Shown here: positions 8,553 through 17,874 of the stretch, in pieces
Numbering within the stretch: the stretch's first letter is position 1
How the letters are laid out: the number at the start of each line of letters is the position of its first letter
Assembly (NCBI GenBank): GCA_009379825.1
Contig: WHTA01000006.1
Coordinates: forward strand, 65,858-129,857
Reading direction: 5' to 3'
DNA length: 64,000 nt
Origin: Streptosporangiales bacterium
GTDB lineage: Bacteria > Actinomycetota > Actinomycetes > Streptosporangiales > WHST01
Program-made: the position numbers and the translations under genes
Notes under the pieces: generated by a model
What the model saw: only the letters and a program-made list of their open reading frames with translations
Database searches by the model: none
What the model was told of the DNA's origin: nothing

Positions 8553-10052
8553 TCATGCGTTCGTCGACTGCGGCTGCGGCTGCGGGACGTCCTCCAGCAG
8601 ATGCTTGCCGAGCAGGTTCTCGTCCGGCAGCGCGATCGGGTAGTCGCCGTCGAAACAGGCGGTACACAGCCGGGACCTGTCGATCGTGGTGGCCTCGACC
8701 AGACCCTCGAGCGAGATGTAGCCGAGTGAGTCGGCCCCGAGCGAGGTAGCGATCTCGTCGACGGACAGGTCCGCGCCGATCAGCTCCGTACGGGACGCGA
8801 AGTCGATGCCGTAGTAGCACGGCCAGCGCACCGGCGGGCTGGCGATCCGCACGTGCACCTCGGCGGCGCCGGCCTCCCGCAGCATCCGGACGATGGCCCG
8901 CTGAGTGTTGCCGCGCACGATCGAGTCGTCCACGACCACCAGCCGCTTGCCGGCGATCACCTCGCGCAGCGGGTTCAGCTTGAGCCTGATGCCGAGCTGC
9001 CTGATCGTCTGGCTCGGCTCGATGAAGGTGCGCCCCACGTACGAGTTCTTGGTCAGCCCCTGGCCGTACGGGATCCCGCTCTCCTGCGCGTACCCGATCG
9101 CCGCCGGGGTGCCGGACTCCGGGGTGGGGATCACCAGGTCGGCGTCGGCCAGCGCCTCCTTGGCCAGCCGCCGGCCGATCTCCACCCGGCTGGCGTGCAC
9201 GCCGCGGCCGGCGATGGTCGAGTCGGGCCTGGCCAGGTAGACGTACTCGAAGATGCAGCCCTTCGGCTTCTGCTGCGCGAACTGCGACGACCGCAGCCCG
9301 TGCTCGTCCACCGCGACCAGCTCGCCTGGCTCCACCTCGCGGACGAACGCGGCACCGAGGATGTCCAGGGCGCAGGTCTCGCTGGCGACCACCCAGCCCC
9401 CGCTGTCCAGCCGGCCGAGGGCAAGCGGCCGCACGCCGTACGGGTCGCGGGCCGCGTAGAGCGTGTTCTCGTCCATGAAGACCAGCGAGAACGCCCCCTG
9501 CACGTCGGGGAGCAGCTCGAGTGCCGCCTGCTCGACGGTGGTGTCGTCGCTCTTCGCGAGCAGCTCGGTGAGGATGCCGGTGTCGGTGCTGGACTCGCCG
9601 CCGATGCCAGGAAACAGGATCTCGTCGGCGAGCGCCTGCCGCGCGCGCAGCGCGAGCTCACCGGTGTTGGTGAGGTTGCCGTTGTGTGCCAGCGCGACGC
9701 CGCCCGCGCCCGTCGGCCGGAAGGTGGGCTGCGCGTTCGCCCACACCGATGACCCGGTCGTGGAGTAGCGGCAGTGGCCGACCGCGACGTGGCCGGTCAG
9801 CGACGCCAGGGTGGACTCGTCGAAGACCTGCGCTACCAGGCCCATGTCCTTGACCACGAGGATCTGGTGGCCGTCGCCGACGGCGATGCCGGCCGACTCC
9901 TGGCCGCGGTGCTGCAGGGCGTAGGTACCGAAGTAGGCGAGCTTGGCGACCTCCTCGCCGGGCGCCCAGACGCCGAGGACGCCACAGGCGTCCTGCGGGC
10001 CACGGTCGTGGGGATCGATTTCGTGCGTCAACTTGCCGTCACGCATAGGCAC
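8553..10052 (-). CDS. purF: amidophosphoribosyltransferase
   Basis: Propeptide followed by CGVLGVW (N-terminal nucleophile Cys), HRGQESAGI, a PRTase loop (VVVDDSIVRGNT) and C-terminal Cys ligands. Confidence 0.95.
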   Translation of the reverse strand: MPMRDGKLTHEIDPHDRGPQDACGVLGVWAPGEEVAKLAYFGTYALQHRGQESAGIAVGDGHQILVVKDMGLVAQVFDESTLASLTGHVAVGHCRYSTTGSSVWANAQPTFRPTGAGGVALAHNGNLTNTGELALRARQALADEILFPGIGGESSTDTGILTELLAKSDDTTVEQAALELLPDVQGAFSLVFMDENTLYAARDPYGVRPLALGRLDSGGWVVASETCALDILGAAFVREVEPGELVAVDEHGLRSSQFAQQKPKGCIFEYVYLARPDSTIAGRGVHASRVEIGRRLAKEALADADLVIPTPESGTPAAIGYAQESGIPYGQGLTKNSYVGRTFIEPSQTIRQLGIRLKLNPLREVIAGKRLVVVDDSIVRGNTQRAIVRMLREAGAAEVHVRIASPPVRWPCYYGIDFASRTELIGADLSVDEIATSLGADSLGYISLEGLVEATTIDRSRLCTACFDGDYPIALPDENLLGKHLLEDVPQPQPQSTNA

Positions 10053-10061
10053 ACCACGAGT

Positions 10062-10463
10062 CTACGTGCTGCCACCGGCCATCGGCACATGCGCAGGTCC
10101 CCGGCCGGTCACCGGCAGGTACGCGGAGAGATCGGCCCGGCTGCCGGTCGCGCGCACCCGGCCGTCGTCGGTCGCTGCCGCCCAGGTCAACCTGCCGGTC
10201 GCGAGGCACAGCCAGGTGACCGGGTCGGTCTCCACCACGTTCGGCGGTGTGCCCCGTGTGTGGCGCAGCCCTTCGACACACTGCACGGCGGCGAACGGCG
10301 GCACCCGCAGCTCGACCGCCTTGCCTGGGGCCTGCCTGGCCAGCGCGTTCGCCAGCTGGCGGACGGCGGCGGCGAGATCGGCGCGCGCCGGTTCCGTATC
10401 GGCGTCGACGGCGGCCAGGGCGCGGTCGACGGCGGCGGGGTCAGCCTGGCGTCTGCTCGGCAC
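10062..10463 (-). CDS. sterol-carrier-like (bacterial SCP) family protein
   Basis: A 133-aa ORF directly upstream of purF. The call rests on position and an SCP-like C-terminal pattern recalled from actinobacterial annotations. It is weak without an HMM. Confidence 0.5.
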   Translation of the reverse strand: MPSRRQADPAAVDRALAAVDADTEPARADLAAAVRQLANALARQAPGKAVELRVPPFAAVQCVEGLRHTRGTPPNVVETDPVTWLCLATGRLTWAAATDDGRVRATGSRADLSAYLPVTGRGPAHVPMAGGST

Positions 10464-10694
10464 GTCGCCAGCATAGGGCGCGGGCGCCGGTGGGCATGGA
10501 AAACGCCGGGGCGAAGGCCTTCCCCTCCCTCGCGCCCGGCGCTGTCAGCTAGTCCATCACGAGCCGCCGTCAACCACGGCACCGACACGCCGAGGCGAGC
10601 GCTCGGATTGCCGTCCGCCTGGCCGACCGGGTCGACGTAGCGCTGCGTGCCGCGCTGGGTCTCTGACCGCGCGCACCGCGATACCGTCAGGGGC

Positions 10695-11387
10695 ATGGAC
10701 AGTGCGGCGTACCTGACCCACCTGCGCAACGAGATGACGTCCTTCGCGGCCTGCCTGGACGGCGACCTGGACACACCGGTCGAGCACTGCGGCGACTGGA
10801 CGCTCTACGACCTGGCCGATCATCTCGGCAACGGCCACCTGTGGTCGGCGGCGGCAGTCACCGAACGTCGTAAGGACTACCGTGGCCCGGCGGCGCCGCG
10901 GGACCCGAAGGCACTCGCCACCTGGTTCGACCAGACGTGCACGGTGCTGCTGACGGTGTTGGACACCGACCCGTCGACCGAGGCCTGGACGTTCTTCCCG
11001 CCGCACACCGTCGCGTTCTGGCAACGCCGTCGCTGCCTGGAGGCGCTGGTGCACCGTTGGGACGCCGAGCACGCGGTCGGTCGACCGGGCAAGCTCGACC
11101 CGACCCTGGCCGCCGACGGCGTCAGCGAGGTGTTCGACACCATGGCGCCGCGACAGGTCAAGCGCGGCCGGGCGGACGAACCCGACGTGGCGGTGCGGTT
11201 CACCGCCGACGACGCCGGCACGTCGTGGACGTACGGCCCGGGCGAGCCGGTCGCCGAGGTCAGCGGCTCCGCCGCGGACCTGCTGCTCCTGCTCTGGCAC
11301 CGGCTGGACAGTGCCGCCCCGAGCCTGGCGTGGCAGGGCGACCGCGCCGCCGGTCAGCGCCTGCTGGCCGGCCTCATCGTGCCCTGA
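10695..11387 (+). CDS. maleylpyruvate isomerase-family mycothiol-dependent (DinB-like) enzyme
   Basis: N-terminal YLTHLRNEM...CGDWTLYDLADHLG...HLW resembles the TIGR03083 DinB-fold metal site. Start ATG 10695. Confidence 0.75.
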   Translation: MDSAAYLTHLRNEMTSFAACLDGDLDTPVEHCGDWTLYDLADHLGNGHLWSAAAVTERRKDYRGPAAPRDPKALATWFDQTCTVLLTVLDTDPSTEAWTFFPPHTVAFWQRRRCLEALVHRWDAEHAVGRPGKLDPTLAADGVSEVFDTMAPRQVKRGRADEPDVAVRFTADDAGTSWTYGPGEPVAEVSGSAADLLLLLWHRLDSAAPSLAWQGDRAAGQRLLAGLIVP

Positions 11388-11392
11388 CCTGG

Positions 11393-11989
11393 CTACCTGT
11401 CCGCCAGCCCGGCGAGCAGCGTGGTGGTGATGCCGGCGGCGAACTCGTCCTTGGCCTTGTCGTCCTGCTCCTCGCCGGTGAAGTGGCGCAGGAACGCGAA
11501 GTGCAGGCAGGCCCCGACGAGCAGCGCGGCCGCGGCGGTCGGGTCCACGTCGCTGCTGATCCGGCCGCGGTCCCGTTCGTCCGCCAGGTACGCGGCCACC
11601 GCTGCGCTGACGTGCTGCGGTCCGGCGTTGCGCGCCCGCAGCGCCTCGCGGTGGGCGGCGAGCAGACGCGGTTCGGAGAACAGCGACGCGCCGATGGGGA
11701 ACGTCTCCTCGTAGAACTCCACCGCGGAACGCGCGACGGTCTGCAGCACCTCAGCCACCGGCTGCGTGCCCACCAGCTCGGGCAGGCTGGTCAGCAACGG
11801 GTTGAAGTCACCGCCGCCGCGCTCCTCGAGCACCGCTAGGAACAGCTCGGTCTTGTCGGTGAAGTGCTTGTAGAGCGCGGCCTCGGAGTACCCGGCCGCG
11901 CGCGCGATCTCCTTGGTGGTCGACCGGGCGAGCCCGCGGGTGCGCATGACCTCCGCGGCAGCGTCCAGCATCCGGTCGCGCGTGCTCAT
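11393..11989 (-). CDS. TetR/AcrR family transcriptional regulator
   Basis: RDRMLDAAAEVMRTRGLARSTTKEIARAAGYSEAALYKHF is a TetR HTH. Start ATG 11989. Confidence 0.85.
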   Translation of the reverse strand: MSTRDRMLDAAAEVMRTRGLARSTTKEIARAAGYSEAALYKHFTDKTELFLAVLEERGGGDFNPLLTSLPELVGTQPVAEVLQTVARSAVEFYEETFPIGASLFSEPRLLAAHREALRARNAGPQHVSAAVAAYLADERDRGRISSDVDPTAAAALLVGACLHFAFLRHFTGEEQDDKAKDEFAAGITTTLLAGLADR

Positions 11990-12011
11990 GCGCACCTCCG
12001 CTTGACAAGTC

Positions 12012-12059
12012 GGTGAGTACTCACTAACCATAGCAGAGAGCGGTTAGTAAATACTCACT
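12012..12059. promoter_or_regulatory. pair of inverted 18-bp TetR-type operator sites
   Basis: GGTGAGTACTCACTAACC (12012-12029) contains the perfect palindrome GTGAGTACTCAC. Its reverse complement matches GGTTAGTAAATACTCACT (12042-12059) at 15/18 positions. The sites lie between the divergent TetR and NAD(P)H-binding genes, and a TTGACA sits at 12002-12007. Confidence 0.5.
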
Positions 12060-12075
12060 CACGTAGGAGCAGACG

Positions 12076-12705
12076 ATGCGGACCGCCGTCTTCGGGGCCA
12101 CCGGTGGCGTAGGCAGCCAGCTGGTCGAGCAGGCCACCAACGCCGGGCGCGAGGTCACCGCCGTGGTCAGGGACGCCAGCAAGCTCGCCGCCCGTCCCGG
12201 CCTCACCGTCGTGCCCGCGGACGTGATGCAGCCGGCCGCGATCGCCCCGGCGATCGCCGACAGCGACGCGGTGGTGTCCGCGCTCGGCAGCCGCGGCATG
12301 CGCACGCCGAGCAGCATCTGCACGGACGGCGCCACCAGCATCGTGCGGGCCATGCACGACACCGGCGTACACCGGCTGGTGGTGGTCAGCGCCAGCGGCC
12401 TCGCCCACGGCGGCGACGGCCCGCTCGTCCGGCTGCTGGTCAAGCCGATCCTCGGCGCCGTACTCAAGCACCCGTTCGCCGACATGCGCGCCATGGAGGA
12501 CGTGGTTCGCGACAGCGGCCTGGACTGGACGATCGTGCGTCCACCGCAGCTCACCGACGGCCCGCGCACCGGCACGTACCACAGCCGGGTCGCGCTGAAC
12601 GTGCGCGGCAGCTACCGCATCTCCCGCGCCGACGTCGCCGACTGCCTGCTGCGCTGCCTCACCCAACACGGGCCGATCGGTGCACCCGTCTCCATCGCGA
12701 GTTAG
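12076..12705 (+). CDS. NAD(P)H-binding (atypical SDR / NmrA-like) protein
   Basis: N-terminal VFGATGGVGSQLV Rossmann motif. 209 aa. Divergent from the TetR gene. Confidence 0.8.
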   Translation: MRTAVFGATGGVGSQLVEQATNAGREVTAVVRDASKLAARPGLTVVPADVMQPAAIAPAIADSDAVVSALGSRGMRTPSSICTDGATSIVRAMHDTGVHRLVVVSASGLAHGGDGPLVRLLVKPILGAVLKHPFADMRAMEDVVRDSGLDWTIVRPPQLTDGPRTGTYHSRVALNVRGSYRISRADVADCLLRCLTQHGPIGAPVSIAS

Positions 12706-12786
12706 CCGCAGGTTGCCCTGTGGACGGCGAGGGAACGGGGTCATCGCGCGCTCAGACTTGACAGATGAGCAGCGAACGGAGCGACC

Positions 12787-13406
12787 ATGACTGTCATGAC
12801 CGTCCAGGACACGGTGACCATTGGCGAGTTGCAGGCGTACCCTCCCGACGCGATCGTGCAGATCGTCGAAGGCACGATCTACCTCAGCCGCGCCGGAGGC
12901 TTCGACGTAGCGGACCTCGACGAGCTGCCCGACGACCGGCGCCGGCACGAGCTGGTCGACGGAGTCGTCGTCTTGAGCCCCGCGCCCCGCCGCATCCACC
13001 AGCGCGGTCTCCTCGAACTCGCGAGCGCACTACGCGCCGCAGCGCCCGCACACCTCGAGGTCGTGGTTGCCCCGTTCGATGTGGACGCCGGTCCGCGTAG
13101 CCAGGTGGAACCGGACATCCTCGTGCTCCCCGCGACAACCGCGACGGTCCGGTTCCGCCGCCGCTGCTCGCCGTCGAGGTGTTGTCACCGTCGAACCGCG
13201 GCTACGACCTGGTGACCAAGCGCAACCTGTACGAGCGCGCTGGCGTGCCTTCGTACTGGATGCTCGACCCGGACGAGCCCTCGGTCACCGTGTTGGAGCT
13301 CGGCGACGACAGCACCTACACCGCGGCGGCCACGGTGACCGGTGTCGGTGTCGTCGCGGTCGAGCAGCCGGTCGAGGTGACTTTCCGACCGACCGACCTG
13401 GTCTAG
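12787..13406 (+). pseudogene. Uma2-family (DUF820) endonuclease, interrupted by a 1-nt frameshift
   Basis: The N-terminal part is in frame 1 (to ...EPDILVL). The C-terminal part is in frame 3 (PPLLAVEVLSPSNRGYDLVTKRNLYERAGVPSYWMLDP, the Uma2 core). The frames rejoin if one C is added to the CCCC run at 13129-13132. Total length is 620 nt (3n+2). Confidence 0.7.
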
Positions 13407-15703
13407 CCGAACAGGCCGGGCAGCGTGCCCGTGGACGCTTCGCGCAGCTGCGCCAGCGAGACCTCGAACAGCGGGGTGCCGTCCAGGTCGGCCTCGTGCT
13501 CGCGGAAGCGCAGCGCGTCGCCGGTTACCGCGCCGAGGTGCTCGTACGGGAGGCTCAGCTCACGGCAGTGCCGGATGAACTCGTGCTCGGCGTCGCCGCG
13601 CAGCGCTACGAGCACCCGGCCGCTCGACTCACTGAACAGGGCGACGAACGGGTCGATGCCCGCCGGCAACGCGACGGTTGCGCCGCGACCGCCGGCCAGG
13701 CAGCTGTCCACCAGCGCCTGCGACAGCCCGCCGTGCGACAGGTCGTGCGCCGCCTGCGCCAGGCCGCCGCCGGTCAGCCGCTGCATCAGCTCGCCGAGCG
13801 CCCGCTCGACCGCCAGGTCGACCAGCGGCGGCTGACCACCGAGGTGGCCGTGCTCGACGTGCGCCCACACCGACCCGCCGAGCTCCTCCCTGGTCGTGCC
13901 CACCAGGTAGAGCAGCAGGTCGTCCTCGGGGAAGCCGACGGGCAGCCGGTCGGTGACGTCGTCGAGCACGCCGAGCACGCCGACCACCGGGGTGGGGTGG
14001 ATCTGCTGCTCCCCCGTCTGGTTGTAGAAGCTCACGTTGCCGCCGGTCACCGGCGTGCCCAACGCCAGGCAGCCGTCGGCGAGGCCGCGGACGGTCTCGG
14101 CGAACTGCCACATCACGCCGGGCTCCTCCGGGGAGCCGAAGTTCAGGCAGTCGGTGACCGCAACCGGCCGGGCGCCCTTGACCGCCACGTTCCGGTACGC
14201 CTCGGCGAGCACCAGCTGCGCCCCGACGTACGGGTCGAGCGCGCAGTACCTGCCGTTGCCGTCGAGCGCGAGCGCGACGCCGAGCCCGGACTCCTCGTCC
14301 ACCCGCAGCACGCCGGCGTCGTCCGGCGTGGCGAGCACGGTGTTGCCGAGCACGTACCTGTCGTACTGGTCGGTCACCCAGTCCTTGCTCGCGAGCTCCG
14401 GCGACCCGACCAGCCGCTGCAGGGTCGACCGCAGCTCGTCGCCGGTGGCGGGCCGCGGCAGCACCACCGGGTCGTTCGCCCGGCTGACGTCGAGCGCGGA
14501 CGGTCGCTCGTACGGCCGCTGGTACACCGGCCCCTCGTGCGCGACGGTGCCAGGCTCGACGTCCACAATGGTCTGCCCGTGCCAGCTGATCCGCAGCCGG
14601 CCGCCGTCGGTGACCGTGCCGACGACGGTCGCCTCAACCTCCCACTTGGCGCAGGTGGCCAGGAACGCGTCGACGTTGGCCGGCTCGACGACCGCCATCA
14701 TCCGCTCCTGCGACTCGCTCATCAGGATCTCTTCCGGCGTGAGCGACGGGTCGCGCAGCGGCACGTCGTCGAGTACGACGTCCATGCCGCCGGTGCCCGC
14801 GGACGCGAGCTCGCTGGTGGCGCACGACAGGCCGGCGGCGCCGAGGTCCTGCAGGCCGACGATCAGCCCGGCGCGGAACAGCTCGAGCGAGCACTCGATC
14901 AGCAGCTTCTCGGTGAATGGGTCACCGATCTGCACGCTCGGCCGCTTCGCCGGCTTGCCCTCGCCGTCGAACGTCGCCGACGCGAGCACCGACGCGCCGC
15001 CGATGCCGTCGCCGCCGGTCTTCGCGCCGAACAGCACCACCTTGTTGCCCGGGCCAGGTGCCTTGGCGAGGGTGACGTCCTCGTGCCGCATCACCCCGAC
15101 GCACAGCGCGTTCACCAGCGGGTTGCCGAGGTAGCACGGGTCGAAAGACACCTCGCCGCCGATGTTCGGCAGGCCGAGGCAGTTGCCGTACCCGCCGACG
15201 CCGGCGACCACGCCGGGCAACACGCGCGAGGTGTCCGGTGCCTCGGCCGGGCCGAACCGCAGCGCGTCCATCACCCCGACCGGCCGGGCGCCCATGGCGA
15301 GGATGTCGCGGACGATCCCACCGACGCCGGTGGCGGCGCCCTGGTACGGCTCCACGAACGACGGGTGGTTGTGCGACTCCGCCTTGAACGTGACCGCGTA
15401 TCCCTGGCCGATGTCGACGACGCCGGCGTTCTCGCCGATGCCGACCATGAGCGCGTCGCTCGCCGGCGCCCGCTCGCCGAACGTACGCAGGTGCACCTTG
15501 CTCGACTTGTACGAGCAGTGCTCGCTCCACATCACCGAGTACATGGCCAGCTCGCTCGCGGTGGGCCGCCGGCCGAGGATCTGCTCGATCCGCTGGTACT
15601 CGTCCGCCGTCAGGCCGAGCTCGCCATACGGCAGCGCGACCTCGGGTGTCGCCGCCGCCCGCTCGACCGTGTCCAGCTGTTGCGCGTCCGTCGGCGCCGT
15701 CAT
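13403..15703 (-). CDS. purL: phosphoribosylformylglycinamidine synthase subunit PurL
   Basis: [27 protein letters not shown] and GGNVSFYNQ motifs. 766 aa. Confidence 0.95.
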   Translation of the reverse strand: MTAPTDAQQLDTVERAAATPEVALPYGELGLTADEYQRIEQILGRRPTASELAMYSVMWSEHCSYKSSKVHLRTFGERAPASDALMVGIGENAGVVDIGQGYAVTFKAESHNHPSFVEPYQGAATGVGGIVRDILAMGARPVGVMDALRFGPAEAPDTSRVLPGVVAGVGGYGNCLGLPNIGGEVSFDPCYLGNPLVNALCVGVMRHEDVTLAKAPGPGNKVVLFGAKTGGDGIGGASVLASATFDGEGKPAKRPSVQIGDPFTEKLLIECSLELFRAGLIVGLQDLGAAGLSCATSELASAGTGGMDVVLDDVPLRDPSLTPEEILMSESQERMMAVVEPANVDAFLATCAKWEVEATVVGTVTDGGRLRISWHGQTIVDVEPGTVAHEGPVYQRPYERPSALDVSRANDPVVLPRPATGDELRSTLQRLVGSPELASKDWVTDQYDRYVLGNTVLATPDDAGVLRVDEESGLGVALALDGNGRYCALDPYVGAQLVLAEAYRNVAVKGARPVAVTDCLNFGSPEEPGVMWQFAETVRGLADGCLALGTPVTGGNVSFYNQTGEQQIHPTPVVGVLGVLDDVTDRLPVGFPEDDLLLYLVGTTREELGGSVWAHVEHGHLGGQPPLVDLAVERALGELMQRLTGGGLAQAAHDLSHGGLSQALVDSCLAGGRGATVALPAGIDPFVALFSESSGRVLVALRGDAEHEFIRHCRELSLPYEHLGAVTGDALRFREHEADLDGTPLFEVSLAQLREASTGTLPGLFG

Positions 15704-15997
15704 GAAGCGGAGACCTCCACCAGTCGGGTCAGCACCGAGGCGTAGAACGGGAGCGCGACCTCGGGTGTTATCGCCGCCGCCCGCTCGACCGTGCCCAGCT
15801 GCCGCGCGACCGTCGTTATCGGCGCCGTCATCAAGCGGAGACCTCCACCAGTCGGGTCAGCACCGAGGCGAAGAACGGGAGCGCGACCTCGGGTGTCGCC
15901 GCCGCCCGCTCGACCGTGTCCAGCTGTTGCGCGTCCGTCGTCGCCGTCATCAAGCGGAGACCTCCACCAGTCGGGTCAGCACCGAGGCGAAGATCGG
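15631..15997. repeat. three tandem copies (120, 128 and 119 bp) of the purQ-3'/purL-5' junction
   Basis: Copies lie at 15631-15750, 15751-15878 and 15879-15997. The outer copies are near-identical. The middle copy carries several substitutions plus in-frame 3-nt and 6-nt insertions. The plus-strand ORF track also shows the same peptide three times. Confidence 0.9.
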
Positions 15998-16636
15998 CAG
16001 GCCGTCGGTGGTCGGGCCGGTCAGCTCGTCGACCGCGTGCTCCGGGTGCGGCATCAGGCCGACCACGTTGCCCGCCTCGTTGCAGACGCCCGCGATGTCG
16101 CGGGCGGAGCCGTTCGGGTTCACCTCGAGGTACCTGCCGACGACCCGGCCCTCACCCTCCAGCCGGTCCAGGGTCGCGTCGTCGGCGACGTAGCCGCCTT
16201 CCCCGTTCTTCAGCGGGATGACGACCTGCTGGCCGTCCGTGTAGCCGCTGGTCCACGCCGTGCGCGCGGTCTCGATCCGCAGCCGCTGGTCGCGGCAGAC
16301 GAAGTGCTGGTGGTCGTTGGCCACGAGCGCACCTGGCAGCAGGTGCGCCTCACACAGCACCTGGAAGCCGTTGCAGATCCCAAGCACCGGCAGCCCGCGG
16401 CCGGCCGCGGCGATCAGCGAGTTCATCACAGGCGCGAACCTGGCGATCGCGCCGCAGCGGAGGTAGTCGCCGTACGAGAAGCCGCCGGGGAGCACGACCG
16501 CGTCGACCCCGTGCAGGTCGTCGTCGCCGTGCCAGAGGGCGACCGGTTCTGCGCCGGCCAACCGTACCGCCCGGCGGGCGTCGCCATCGTCGAGCGACCC
16601 GGGGAAAGTGACCACGCCAACGCGAGGTGACGACAC
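15950..16636 (-). CDS. purQ: phosphoribosylformylglycinamidine synthase subunit PurQ (glutaminase)
   Basis: [19 protein letters not shown] (nucleophile Cys) and MPHPEH. GTG start at 16636. The rest of the 615-aa ORF is read-through. Confidence 0.9.
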   Translation of the reverse strand: MSSPRVGVVTFPGSLDDGDARRAVRLAGAEPVALWHGDDDLHGVDAVVLPGGFSYGDYLRCGAIARFAPVMNSLIAAAGRGLPVLGICNGFQVLCEAHLLPGALVANDHQHFVCRDQRLRIETARTAWTSGYTDGQQVVIPLKNGEGGYVADDATLDRLEGEGRVVGRYLEVNPNGSARDIAGVCNEAGNVVGLMPHPEHAVDELTGPTTDGLPIFASVLTRLVEVSA

Positions 16637-16689
16637 CGAAGACTCCAGGCTCGGGATTGTGCGGACGCTCGCAGAGTACCGCGAGGACC

Positions 16690-16935
16690 TCACGGCTCGG
16701 CGCGGACGGTGAAGTCCTCGATCACCGGGTTGGCGAGCAACGTGTCGGCGATGCCGCGGACCCGTTCGAGCGCGGCGGCGTCGGCCTCGCCCTCGACCTC
16801 CAGCTCGAACCGCTTGCCCTGCCGCACCGACGTGACACCGGCGTGCCCGAGCCGTTCGAGCGCCTTCGCGATTGCCTGCCCCTGCGGATCGAGCAGCTCG
16901 GGCTTCAGCATGACATCGACCACGACGCGGGCCAT
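16690..16935 (-). CDS. purS: phosphoribosylformylglycinamidine synthase subunit PurS
   Basis: The 81-aa [22 protein letters not shown]... is typical of PurS. AGGAGA precedes ATG 16935. Confidence 0.9.
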   Translation of the reverse strand: MARVVVDVMLKPELLDPQGQAIAKALERLGHAGVTSVRQGKRFELEVEGEADAAALERVRGIADTLLANPVIEDFTVRAEP

Positions 16936-16999
16936 CGTTCTCCTTCGGCTGGGCATTCGGCGCGGGGACGGTCCTCGCACTGAGCGTATCCTCGGCTGC

Positions 17000-17698
17000 G
17001 TGTCCGACGCCGTCACGGGTGCCCGCCCGAGCCCGAACATCTGGCGCCATCCGCGTACCTACGAGAAGGAGAACGAGGGCGTCGACCCGGACGGCGCGAT
17101 CGAGCAGGCGATACGCGAGATCCGCGACTGGGCCGGCGCGAACGTGCTCGACGTCGGCTGCGGCACCGGCTACCACCTGCCCTGGTTCGCGGCGTCGGCC
17201 GCACGCGTCGTCGGGGTCGAGCCGCACCACGGGCTGGTCGCCGCGGCCCGCCGCCGGTGTGCGGGGCTGCCGAACGTGCGGGTAAGGGCCGGCGTCGCGC
17301 AGGCGCTGCCGGTGCCGGACCGGTCGGTGGACGTCGCGCATGCGCGGTGGGCGTACTTCTTCGGCCCCGGCTGCGAGCCCGGGCTGGCCGAGCTCAGCCG
17401 GGTGATGCGGCGCGACGGGGTGGCGTTCGTCATCGACAACGACGCCACGCGGAGCACGTTCGGCGGCTGGTTCAGGCGCACGTTCCCCCGGTACGACCCG
17501 CGAGCGGTGGAGGACTTCTGGGCGCGCCGCGGCTGGACCAGGCACACCGTCGACATGCGTTGGCAGTTCGCCGACCGGGCGGACTTCGAGGCGGTGGTCG
17601 GGATCGAGTTCAACCCGCAGGTGGCCGCGGAGGTCATCGCGGAGCACCAGGGGACGGGCGTCGACTACGCCGTCAACCTGTGGTGGCGCCGGTTCTGA
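17000..17698 (+). CDS. class I SAM-dependent methyltransferase
   Basis: [14 protein letters not shown] motif, VVGVEP and [10 protein letters not shown]. The GTG 17000 start is an estimate; the upstream part of the ORF is antisense to purS. Confidence 0.7.
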   Translation: MSDAVTGARPSPNIWRHPRTYEKENEGVDPDGAIEQAIREIRDWAGANVLDVGCGTGYHLPWFAASAARVVGVEPHHGLVAAARRRCAGLPNVRVRAGVAQALPVPDRSVDVAHARWAYFFGPGCEPGLAELSRVMRRDGVAFVIDNDATRSTFGGWFRRTFPRYDPRAVEDFWARRGWTRHTVDMRWQFADRADFEAVVGIEFNPQVAAEVIAEHQGTGVDYAVNLWWRRF

Positions 17699-17752
17699 CC
17701 GGCAGTCGACCGGTTCCCCCGTGACCGGCCGACAACCTCCGTGCGTGGTGGA

Positions 17753-17785
17753 CCGGAGGCGGTGTAGCACCCCCACCGCCTCCGG
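17753..17785. terminator. hairpin between convergent genes (possible bidirectional terminator)
   Basis: A perfect 12-bp stem, CCGGAGGCGGTG / CACCGCCTCCGG, with a 9-nt loop. It lies between the methyltransferase stop (17698) and the regulator stop (17875). Confidence 0.45.
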
Positions 17786-17874
17786 TACTAACCACATGGG
17801 CGGCGTACTCGCCCATGCCGGTGACGTGGTCGGTGGTCACCGTCCAGGCGACATTACGAGGGCCAACGTTGCAA

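Noticed and set aside
10464-10694. A possible purine/ZTP-type riboswitch or other structured leader upstream of the SCP-purF-purM operon.
   Set aside because: I read both strands and found none of the conserved cores I know, such as the ZTP GGGUCGUGACUGGCG ... CCGCCUGGGC. A covariance-model search (Infernal/Rfam) would be needed to exclude it formally.
13067-15745. Very long ORFs antisense to real genes. Examples: 13067..15745 (+) opposite purL, 41413..43683 (-) opposite the FGGY kinase, 44925..47498 (+) opposite clpB, 52443..55286 (-) opposite the Fe-S reductase, and 57909..60134 (+) opposite dcd and the EEP gene.
   Set aside because: Their translations are Arg/Gly/Pro/Ala-rich and low-complexity, with no motifs. 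The opposite strand encodes unmistakable conserved proteins. Stop-codon scarcity in ~72% GC DNA produces such shadow ORFs.
15950-17797. A 615-aa minus-strand ORF spanning purQ, purS and beyond.
   Set aside because: Only the last 228 codons (purQ, GTG 16636) make a recognisable protein. purS is in a different frame, and the upstream part is antisense to a methyltransferase gene. It is a read-through artefact.
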